From NCBI GenBank assembly GCA_963801165.1, contig CAWDDT010000002.1, forward strand, positions 1 through 30,085: a stretch of 30,085 bases of DNA, given 5' to 3'. The position numbers and the translations under genes are program-made. The stretch comes from an uncultured bacterium (GTDB lineage: Bacteria; Actinomycetota; Acidimicrobiia; Spongiisociales; UBA5794). Below, piece after piece: positions 1 through 9,100 of the stretch. Within the stretch, counting starts at the first letter, position 1. Every line of letters starts with the position of its first letter. Under the pieces are notes generated by a model. The model ran no database searches and had not been told where the DNA came from. It saw only the letters and a list, made by a program, of their open reading frames with translations.

Positions 1-598
1 GGCCCGTGTCGTCGCGGACCTCGAGAGGATCCCATGAGCCTCCGGCCGAACCGGACAGGCTCACCTCCACCGTCCGGGTGTCCTGGCGAAGTCCGGTGCG
101 GAGCACCTTCAGGGCACTCTCTTTGGCGGACCAGATCGCATTGGCAACGACGTCAGCGTCGGCGCTGTGAGCGACGGTGAGTTGCTCGGTTGGTGTCAGG
201 TAGTCAGAGACGAAGGCATCGCTACGCGGTTCTACCAACTCCAGGTCGCATCCCACCCGCATCCGGCCGCCGACAACGGCGCACACCGCCCAGTCGGCGC
301 GATCCGTCATCGCAATGACGGCCCCGAGAGGCGCGCCATTCACGTGTGCCTCCGGTGCACCGTCAGCTGCGTTGCGGACCACAATCGTGCGCAGCGTCGG
401 AGGATCAAGAGCCAACCCCAGAGTCATGGCGATGGCCAGCTTGGCCGTCCAACGTCCGAGACGCGTCTCCGAGCGGCGTTTGGTGTAGCGCATCTGACCG
501 AGTCTTCTATCGAGCTGCTCATCCACCCAGTCGTCGTGTCCCGGTACGGCGCCCATGCCAACCGAGAGCCAGGTCACCCGCCCCGCGTCCACACTCAT
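1..598 (-). CDS. 4'-phosphopantetheinyl transferase, Sfp-type (3' end runs off window)
   Basis: Manual translation from ATG 598-596, which overlaps the carboxylase stop as ATGA: MSVDAGRVTWLS...RRSETRLGRWTAK...VGCDLELVEPRS...AIWSAKESALKVLRTGL, open to base 1. GxDxE and WxxKE(S/A)xxK are the Sfp-family motifs. Not in the ORF track because there is no stop in the window. Confidence 0.92.
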   Translation of the reverse strand, partial: MSVDAGRVTWLSVGMGAVPGHDDWVDEQLDRRLGQMRYTKRRSETRLGRWTAKLAIAMTLGLALDPPTLRTIVVRNAADGAPEAHVNGAPLGAVIAMTDRADWAVCAVVGGRMRVGCDLELVEPRSDAFVSDYLTPTEQLTVAHSADADVVANAIWSAKESALKVLRTGLRQDTRTVEVSLSGSAGGSWDPLEVRDDTG

Positions 599-3500
599 CC
601 AACCTCAACCCGGGCTTTGCCGCGCTCGATGGCAGCAACTAGGTAGGGCCGCAACTCCTCGATCGGCAGGATCACATCGATCGATCCCATCTCCTTCGCC
701 CGCTGAACAGAATGGATCCGATCGAACTCGGCAGCTACCTCGCCCCGCTTCTCCGCGGCAACCGAGGCACGCAATTCGTCGAGTTGGTGCCGCAGTTCGG
801 CACGGGTGGAGCCGGAGGCCTGCCCGACCTGTTTCTCCAGCGCGATCACGCGCGGATCGGCATCGGTCAGCGCGTGAACCTCAGGAACGAACACGACCGC
901 TGCGGCTGGTGCTCCTCCAATGACCGATGCCCGCGATCCTTCGAGAGCGGCGACTTCCATGTTCGCGTTGAGCGTCTTCGAGAACACGACAAAGGCGCCG
1001 CCGTGATAACGCGATACCACACAAAAGACGATCGGTCCCTCGAAGTTGACGATGGCTCTGCCGATCTCAGCGCCGTATTCCAGTTGCCAGCGCCGCATTG
1101 ATTCGGGAGATCCATCGAACCCGGAGAGGTTGGCAAGCACGACGAGCGGTCGATTACCCGAGGCGGCGTTGATGGCACGCGCGACCTTCTTCGAGGCAAC
1201 CGGGAATAGCGTTCCGGACGTCCATTGCAGCGGTCCGTCTGCGGGGACGAATCCGAGCCGCGGTATTGGTTTCGACTCGACGCCGAGCAGCGCCACCGGG
1301 TGTCCGCCAATAAAGGCATCCAGCACAACGGCGGTCTCGGCGTGCTGCATCCCGTGCCATCGCTCCATCATGGGAAGATCGGCGTCGGTCACCGCCGCCA
1401 TAACCCGACGGATCTCAAAGGGGAGCTTCCGGTCGGAATTGTGCTCCGACGAGAACACGTCGCCGATGGTGGTGAAGTCACCCCCATGGGGAGCCGTGCG
1501 CACGTCGCGGTCAAGAGGATCGCTGGTTGCTGCCCTCCGCGGGAAACGCTCCCCCGGGGCGGAATAGGTGAAGGAGTAGTGGTCGAGCAGGATGCGGCAA
1601 GCATCGGAGATCTCCGCGGCGAAGTACTGCGCCTGCCCGTTCGGACCCATGATGCGCTCATACCCGCCGATGCCACGGTTGTCTTCGGCAGATACCCCGC
1701 CCGAGTAGTCGAGAGCACGCTTCCCTGTGAGAACCATGGCAGCTGCATCGGTCATCACCAGGATGCCCTTTGTATGCATCAGCATCGTGGCTTCTGCGTT
1801 CCAATAAGGTTGCGCCCCAACGTTGACTCCGGTGACGATGACGTTGAGCTCATGGCCGTGCTGGGTGAATTCGACGATGCGACGCAACACGCGGGCGATC
1901 CAGTCCATGTTCTCAGTTCCGGACTCCATTGAGATACGGGCCCCGGCCGATACCGCGAACCACTCGAGCGGGATGCCTTGCTCCTCGGCGAGATCCATCG
2001 CGGCGATGATCCGCCGGCACTCCTGCTCCGCGACGTTTCCCATGCCACGGGATGGATCCCCGAGGATCATGACCCGCCGCATGCCCTCCGGATAACGGGC
2101 CGCAACGTTGCTCACGAGACCGATCACTACGTTGGACGTGTTCTGCCCGCGGGGGCGCGATACGGGCTCGAGTCGACCATCGGCGGACATGTCGTATTCA
2201 ACGAAGCTCGCGAGGAGCTTCCCTTCCTCGTCGGTGCCGTTCGCATGTTGGAGAATCTCAATGATCTCCCAAGGGTGGAACACGCCACGACGTCGGAGGC
2301 GGACGATGGACTGGGCGACGTCCGATAGCGGCTGCATCGGCCCATCCCCGGGCTCTCGCATTTCGAGTCGCAGGCGGCCGCCGCCGGGGTTGTTGACGAT
2401 GAGGACCTGATTCCGAATATTGCCTTCCCCGTCGACAACACGCCCCCGGACCAAGACCCGTTCGATCCCGAGCCCCTTCGTCTCACGGGCAAAACGGTAG
2501 ACGAGGGCTCTCACCTCATCGAGGCTGAAGTTGAGCACGGGCCACACATAGATGACGACGCGGTTCCAGTGCAGACGACGATGCGGCGCCAATCGTGACT
2601 GATATTTCCTGATCGGCCCGAGGGTCTCGCGAAAGACTCTCTCGAACTCGGGTACCCGCACTACGCGGCCGTCCTCGTCGCGGATAGGGGTTAGGTCGCG
2701 CACTTCCGCCTGGGCAAACAGCCGTTCGTCGCGCGGGTTCTCCTTGGCTATCGCGTGGAATAGGTAGATATCGGACAGGCTAGGGAGGCGTTTGTATTTG
2801 AAATTGGAGAGACGCCACAACTCCAGCCGTTCGGCCATCATCGGGTGCAGGTCCCGATACATGGTGTCCTCCACATACCCTCCATCGCCGGAGCGCCGGA
2901 ATGTGAAGTTCAGCACTCCGCTCATCGAAACGTCACTGCCCGGTCCCGAAACGGCAACAACGATGCGCCGCAGTTGTAGGTCACCCAACGCCGCATCGAG
3001 GGTTTCGCGGATTCGCTTCTCGGTGCGATCCGGCGAGCCGTGTACCCGCGACCGGCGTGCGTAGATCTCAACCGCTAGGTCGTACTCCGGGTCAATCTCC
3101 TCGAGTGCCTCGTGAAGCGCCGCAACCCCCCGTTGCAGGTCTTCGAAGGCAACGTGAGTACTGGCCAAATGAATCCGACGACCCTCGTAGACATATTCGG
3201 TGGTCGAGATGACAATCCCATCGATACGCAGAGTGGAGAATGGACCCAGCTCCCGAATTCGGTAATAGCGGCGTGTCATGATCTCGAGGAGAGCCTCTTG
3301 GAGACGGGGAGAGGCACCGGCAAACCGCAACGACAGCGTTGGTTTCAGCGGTTGCGAGCAGGCAACGAGCTCCTTCACGATGGCAGCACGATCCATTTGA
3401 TTTGGATGGTGCTCGAGCTGGGCCAGCCGCTCGTCGACCTTCTCGTATTCTCGTTGTCTGACCTCCTGGAGGAAGGGCAGGTCAAACGTGGCGTAGCGGA

Positions 3501-6129
3501 GCTCGAGAGCGATTTCGTGCACCGCCGGGTACCGATCTTGCGTCTCGTGGACTAGGCGGTCGAGGAGCTCGCGGAAACGCTCGTTCGGATCTCCGACGTG
3601 AGCAAGCCTGTCTTCGAGGACTGTGAGCAGAGCCGGTACCTGGGTCTGCATCCGGGCGTGAGATTTCGCCAAGCGGAACAGCGCCTCAACCAAATCCGGT
3701 GTGGTGTGATCAAGAGAGTCAACCCCGAAATGACCGAGCGCACGCAACAGCTGCTGGGTGAATTGCTCAGGCAGAGCCCCGCGATGCGCCCCGAGGTCCC
3801 GCATGTAGTCGAACAGGTACTCCTCGGTAGTTCTCCGCTCGCCATTTGCGCCCTCTGCCGGGAGCGTTCTCCGAAACAACGAGATCACGTCCACGAAGAT
3901 CTCGAGAGCCTCGTCCTCGAGGTCTCGGACTGTTCGGTCGGCGCCGCCGGCAGTGCAACGCTCGCTGCCGGGAGCGATCATCGAGTCGAGATGTGCGGGT
4001 TTGACATCCCACCCCAGCAGCATTCTTTGCAGGGCCGCGAGATAGTGCTGGCATCTATGGTGAGTGACGTCGTCTGCGGAAAGGGCGTAGGGCCCGAGGT
4101 CCACCTCTTCATGGACGGGGTCGACGTCGGTCTCGTCTCCCGGATCGATGACCAACAGCGCGGTACCCGAACCGACCTGGGTGTTCTTTCTGGCCAGCAC
4201 CTTGCGGATCGTGCCGGCGAATTCGGCATTGATCGACGTCTCCATCTTCATCGCTTCGATCACCGCCAGACGGTCACCAGCCTTGACTCGATCACCCGGC
4301 GAGACGGCGATCGCTACCACAACCGCAGGCGACGGTGCCCGGACTATGCCGCCTTCGTCGTGAGCAATGCGGTGGGCAACACCGTCGACCTCGACGAAAT
4401 GGTTGGCGCCGTGGACAACCGAAATGACCCGGTATTCGCGCCCCGCACAGCTCAGCCTCTTTCCCGCACGTCCGAGATGGTCGAGATTCGCTTCGATGAT
4501 GTGCCCCGCTGAGGTGACCCGGTAACTCGTCGGCGCAGTCCTCTCGACTGTGAGCCCGTAGCGACGGCCACGGAAGCGAAGCTCGATCAGTTTTCCCGAC
4601 CCGGGCAGGATCTCGGGGCGCCCATGATTTGCGGTGTCCCGGAAGGCCATGATCTCGGTCGCAATCTGTTCGCGGTAGCCGTCGATGGCGGCGGCAATCA
4701 GCGCAGCCCCCGCCAGCGACGTATTCACCGAATCGGACGCAACCAACCGATCAACCCAGTCGGTGTCGTAGTTACCCGAGATGAAGTCGGGATTGGTGAG
4801 CGTGGCCTCCAAGAAGGCCTTGTTGGTTGCTCCCTCGCTGACGATGACCCTGCTTTGGCGGAGAGCACGCAGCAATCTGGCGCGGGCCTCCTCACGGCTG
4901 CGGCCGTATGCGATGACCTTTGCGATCATGGAGTCGAACTCGGGAGGAATCTCGTCGCCTTCCTCAACTCCGGAGTCGACCCGGATGCCCGGTCCGGCCG
5001 GGAATCGGAGCAGCTCGATCTTCCCTGCGGACGGGAGGAACTCCCGGTCGGGATCTTCGGCATTGAGCCGTGCCTCGATCGCATGGCCTTGGGTTGACGG
5101 TGGGTCTCCGTCGAGTGTCCCACCTCGGGCGATGTGGATCTGTAGCTTCACCAGATCCAGCCCCGTGGTCACTTCCGTTACCGGGTGCTCCACCTGGAGC
5201 CGGGTGTTGACCTCCATGAACGAGAAGGTGCCATCGGAGGTGTCGTACAGGAACTCGACAGTGCCGGCGCCGACATATCCGGCTTTGCCTCCCAGGCGGG
5301 CAGCTGCCTCCCTGATCTCTGCGTCCTGAGAGTCCGACAGGGCGGGAGAGGGGGCCTCCTCGATGATTTTCTGATTGCGTCGCTGCACCGAGCAGTCCCG
5401 CACTCCGACCGGCCAAACGGTCCCAGTGGCGTCTCCTACGATCTGCACTTCTATGTGGCGTGCGGCGACAACCACCTTTTCGAGGAAGACGGTGTCATCT
5501 CCGAAGGCGTTGAGGGCTTCCGCACGGGCCCGCGTGAACGATTCCTCGACCGACTCCGGTGTGTCGATGCGCCGAATTCCCCTGCCGCCGCCGCCGGTCG
5601 TTGCTTTGACCATGACCGGGTATCCGAGATGTGAGGCTATGCGGGTGGCCTCGGCCACCGTGTTCACGGCGCCCCCGCTCCACGCGGCGACCGGGACACC
5701 GGCCTCGGTGGCGATGTGCTTGGCTGTGATCTTGTCGCCGAGCCGGCGCATAACGTCGGGGTTTGGGCCGATATGGACGATATCGAGCCGCTTGCAGAGC
5801 ACCCCGAACTCAGGGTCCTCGGCGACGAATCCCCAGCCAACCCAGGCCGCATCTGCCTCGCTTTCGGTGAGGGCTCGCTCTAGCAGGTCGTAGTCGAGGT
5901 AGGCGGCCTTGCGGTTGCCGCCGGAGTCTCGGGAGGTGGCGGAACCCAGGCTGAAACGGATGTCGGCTTCCCGGACGAACAGCGCGTTCTCGTCGGAGTC
6001 GGTATAGAAGGCGATCGTCTTCAGCTCGGTCCCGAACTCGGAGTTGTATTCCGCTACGGCGTTGATCAGGCGTACGGCCGGCTCGCCTCGATTGACAATG
6101 GCGATCCGCTCAAAGCCCGTGATGGTCAC
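595..6129 (-). CDS. Single-chain biotin-dependent acyl-CoA carboxylase (BC-BT-BCCP-ACC central-CT), 1844 aa
   Basis: BC motifs NRGE, GGGGRG, RDCSVQRRNQKIIEE and FMEVNTRLQVEHPVTE. Biotinylation motif EAMKM (Lys628, nt 4246-4248). Central region LEIMTRRYYR and LELWRLSNF. CT motifs SAGARI, ANLSGFDG and GGAFVVF. GTG start overlaps the PKS stop (GTGA). Confidence 0.93.
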   Translation of the reverse strand: MTITGFERIAIVNRGEPAVRLINAVAEYNSEFGTELKTIAFYTDSDENALFVREADIRFSLGSATSRDSGGNRKAAYLDYDLLERALTESEADAAWVGWGFVAEDPEFGVLCKRLDIVHIGPNPDVMRRLGDKITAKHIATEAGVPVAAWSGGAVNTVAEATRIASHLGYPVMVKATTGGGGRGIRRIDTPESVEESFTRARAEALNAFGDDTVFLEKVVVAARHIEVQIVGDATGTVWPVGVRDCSVQRRNQKIIEEAPSPALSDSQDAEIREAAARLGGKAGYVGAGTVEFLYDTSDGTFSFMEVNTRLQVEHPVTEVTTGLDLVKLQIHIARGGTLDGDPPSTQGHAIEARLNAEDPDREFLPSAGKIELLRFPAGPGIRVDSGVEEGDEIPPEFDSMIAKVIAYGRSREEARARLLRALRQSRVIVSEGATNKAFLEATLTNPDFISGNYDTDWVDRLVASDSVNTSLAGAALIAAAIDGYREQIATEIMAFRDTANHGRPEILPGSGKLIELRFRGRRYGLTVERTAPTSYRVTSAGHIIEANLDHLGRAGKRLSCAGREYRVISVVHGANHFVEVDGVAHRIAHDEGGIVRAPSPAVVVAIAVSPGDRVKAGDRLAVIEAMKMETSINAEFAGTIRKVLARKNTQVGSGTALLVIDPGDETDVDPVHEEVDLGPYALSADDVTHHRCQHYLAALQRMLLGWDVKPAHLDSMIAPGSERCTAGGADRTVRDLEDEALEIFVDVISLFRRTLPAEGANGERRTTEEYLFDYMRDLGAHRGALPEQFTQQLLRALGHFGVDSLDHTTPDLVEALFRLAKSHARMQTQVPALLTVLEDRLAHVGDPNERFRELLDRLVHETQDRYPAVHEIALELRYATFDLPFLQEVRQREYEKVDERLAQLEHHPNQMDRAAIVKELVACSQPLKPTLSLRFAGASPRLQEALLEIMTRRYYRIRELGPFSTLRIDGIVISTTEYVYEGRRIHLASTHVAFEDLQRGVAALHEALEEIDPEYDLAVEIYARRSRVHGSPDRTEKRIRETLDAALGDLQLRRIVVAVSGPGSDVSMSGVLNFTFRRSGDGGYVEDTMYRDLHPMMAERLELWRLSNFKYKRLPSLSDIYLFHAIAKENPRDERLFAQAEVRDLTPIRDEDGRVVRVPEFERVFRETLGPIRKYQSRLAPHRRLHWNRVVIYVWPVLNFSLDEVRALVYRFARETKGLGIERVLVRGRVVDGEGNIRNQVLIVNNPGGGRLRLEMREPGDGPMQPLSDVAQSIVRLRRRGVFHPWEIIEILQHANGTDEEGKLLASFVEYDMSADGRLEPVSRPRGQNTSNVVIGLVSNVAARYPEGMRRVMILGDPSRGMGNVAEQECRRIIAAMDLAEEQGIPLEWFAVSAGARISMESGTENMDWIARVLRRIVEFTQHGHELNVIVTGVNVGAQPYWNAEATMLMHTKGILVMTDAAAMVLTGKRALDYSGGVSAEDNRGIGGYERIMGPNGQAQYFAAEISDACRILLDHYSFTYSAPGERFPRRAATSDPLDRDVRTAPHGGDFTTIGDVFSSEHNSDRKLPFEIRRVMAAVTDADLPMMERWHGMQHAETAVVLDAFIGGHPVALLGVESKPIPRLGFVPADGPLQWTSGTLFPVASKKVARAINAASGNRPLVVLANLSGFDGSPESMRRWQLEYGAEIGRAIVNFEGPIVFCVVSRYHGGAFVVFSKTLNANMEVAALEGSRASVIGGAPAAAVVFVPEVHALTDADPRVIALEKQVGQASGSTRAELRHQLDELRASVAAEKRGEVAAEFDRIHSVQRAKEMGSIDVILPIEELRPYLVAAIERGKARVEVG

Positions 6130-9100
6130 TCCTTCCTGGTCATTGCGTCGCGTAGTGGGGCTGCGAGATCGGAGTCGATCGGCGCCGGCAGTTGCACCGT
6201 CGTGTAGCCGGACATCGCAACAAGCGCTGACCCCTTCTCATCGGCGACGACGGCGTCGAACACGCCTCCATCGGCAGGGTGAACGACGGCGCATAGGTTG
6301 CCTTTTGCCTTTGTCACATCTCCTGCGTACACCACCCTATCGATGTGGCTAGGCAACGCCATCGTTCCCGCCGTTCCGATCTCCCAGATCCCCGCAGTCT
6401 GGAAAGCCAGCTCGGTGAGCCGTGGGGTTGTCACCAACGGCCGATCGTCGGGAACATGGTTGTGGGGAAGGTTGTGGGCCATGGCGCCTACGACCATGTC
6501 GCCATCCCTCCATGCTCCATCGACGACCTGGTAGGTGGGTCCGTGGAAATAGATCGCGTAGATGTCGCGTGGGCCGACCGTGCCGTCCGGTCGGGTCGGC
6601 ACCGTTGCTGGTTTGAGCCTCGGTTTGTCGTCCCCGAGCCGGATGCGGGCGGTGAAGTGAACTGTCCGCTGCGGCTCGCCCTGATTGGCAAGTGTACGGA
6701 CTCCAATCAGCTGACCAATGCCGACGATGCCATCGTCGTCGGCCGTGTACACAACCTCCACGGTGAGTACCCGTGGCTCGCCGCGATAGAACTTGAACGG
6801 CACGAGGAAGTTGATATCTTCGATCGCGGTGACGGTGAGTTGGGGGAATCCGGCCCGTGCTGCTGCGGCGAAGGCCTCTATTCCCATGACTCCAGGGAGA
6901 ACCGGGGTCCCGTCGATCTGATGATCGAACAGGAATGGCTGCTCGGACGGATCGAGCCGTACAGTCGCCCGCAGTCCGCTGTAGATGCCGAAACTCTCGA
7001 CCTCGCCTAGCATCACCGATCCGATGGCGCCGCCGCCTAGGGACTCTGTATCGAGGCCCCCGCTGGGGTGGAATTCGTCTGTCAGAACACCGAGCCGTTT
7101 CCCGACCACCATCTCTCCGCCGTGCGCCCGGCTCGTTATCTCCCTGCGCACTATCGGGATTCCTGCGACCGCGGGGAGCATGTCGATCCCCGCCGCCTTC
7201 ATCACGGTCGGGATCGAGCCACGGGTTGCCATACCGATGTCGCCCCAGGCGGTCCAGTCGATCGCCAAACCGAGCGTCCGTGCCTCATCAGAGCGGAGGC
7301 TCGCGGCGAACTTGCACAGCAGATCGTTCGCAGCCGAATAGTCGGATTGGCCGTTGTTGCCGAACCGGCCCGCCACTGAGCTGAACACGACGGCCGAGCG
7401 GATCGGTGTGTCGCCGAGTCCCTTGACCAGGTTGAACCATCCGTCGGCTTTCACGTCGAAGACCAGGTCGTACTCCTTGCGATCCTTGTCCGGGAGCAAC
7501 CGGCTTATCTCGAGCCCACCGGCGTGGAGTAGAACATCGACTTTCTGATGGTCGTGGCGAATCTGTTCCATCACGGCCCCAACCGCGTCGCCATCCCTCA
7601 GATCAACGCTGTGATAGGCGGCCGTCCCGCCGAATCCTTCAACCGCTTTGATTGTGCTCAAAGCCGCGTGTCGGCGCTCGATTCCGGCGAGCTGTCGCTC
7701 GACAATCGCCGGTGTTGCTTTTTCGCCCGCCGTCTTGAGACGATCGAAGATGGTCCGCTTCAGACCGTCCCTGTCGACACTGAACGCGGCAATGTCGGGG
7801 TCGGCTCTGTCGGGCTCAGGAGTGAGGTCGAGCAGATGGAATGTGCCTCCCGACGCTTTTGCCAGGTCGGCGGTTATCGCCGACACGATGCTCCCGGCGG
7901 CTCCGGTGACAACGAAGACAGAATCCGCACCTAGCTCGATAACGGCCGGTTCGGTGGGAAGGTCTTGTTCGGTGAGACCGATAGTCCAGCGTCGTCCTTC
8001 GTTGCGACCGATTTCGACGGCACCGGGATCGACGAGAGTCTCTTCGATCAGCGCGTCGGCCAGCGCGGCGGTCCTGCGGCTTGCGGAGAAGTCCACCGTC
8101 TTCACCAGTGCCTCGCTTTTCTCACGCTTGTACGCCTTGGTGAATCCGGTGACGGCACCACCCATCGGGGCGGTCGCTCCTTCAGCTCCATAGCCGTGGA
8201 ACCCGCCAAGACGCGTGGCGGAGACCAGGAAGGTGCCCTCCGCACCGACGACGTCGTAGAGATGCCGCATGGTTTCGTAAAGGAGCTTGACGCGACGGCG
8301 CAAGCTCTCCCGCCAGCCGGCGAGATCCAACTCTGCAATAGGCAGCTCACTGTCGAGCGCGGCCAGCCAGTAGACGCCGGTGATCTCACCATCGCTCGAG
8401 AATCCGTCGAGCCGAGAACGCAGCTCCTCCGCATCCGGGCTGTCGTCGATGGCGAGGACGGTGACTCCCAGCTTGGCTAGCCGCTTTAGGAGCGCCTTTC
8501 CGACCCCACCCTCGTCGAGCATGACAACGACCCGGCTGTTGTTGTCGAGTGTCACTCCGCTCGGGACACAGTGCTCGGCGGCCGGCCGCAAGAACGGTGT
8601 CGGTATGCGCCGCGGGATGTTTGCCGCCGCCTCGTCGTCACCCTCTAAGAGCCCGACCGGTAGTCCGATCGGATCTGGGCTCTCAACCCCCTTTGGCGTC
8701 GACGCCGTGGCGACACCGCCGGCGAGGTCGGGTCGTTTTTCGTAGACGAAGGCGATGACGTCGTTCAGGGTGGGGTAGTCACGCAACGCCAGGCTGTCGT
8801 CGCGTTCGATCCCGTATTCCTGACGGATGGCAGCAAACGTCTCTGCCTGTTTGACCGTGTCCACCCCGAGGTCTGCTTCCAGGTCGAGGTCGAGGTCCAA
8901 CATGTCGGGTGGGTAGCCGGTCTGCTCAGATACCAACGCCAACACCTGATCCGCCACCGCGTCGCCTTCAGGCTCAACCGGGACGGCAACCACCGCTGCT
9001 GCTGGAGCGGTCGGCGTCTCCTGGCGGGCTGCGAGGTCGGGTCGTTTTTCGTAGACGAAGGCGATGACGTCGTTCAGGGTGGGGTAGTCACGCAACGCCA

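Noticed and set aside
167-646. Plus-strand 159-aa ORF
   Set aside because: It is antisense to the PPTase, which has clear motifs and translational coupling.
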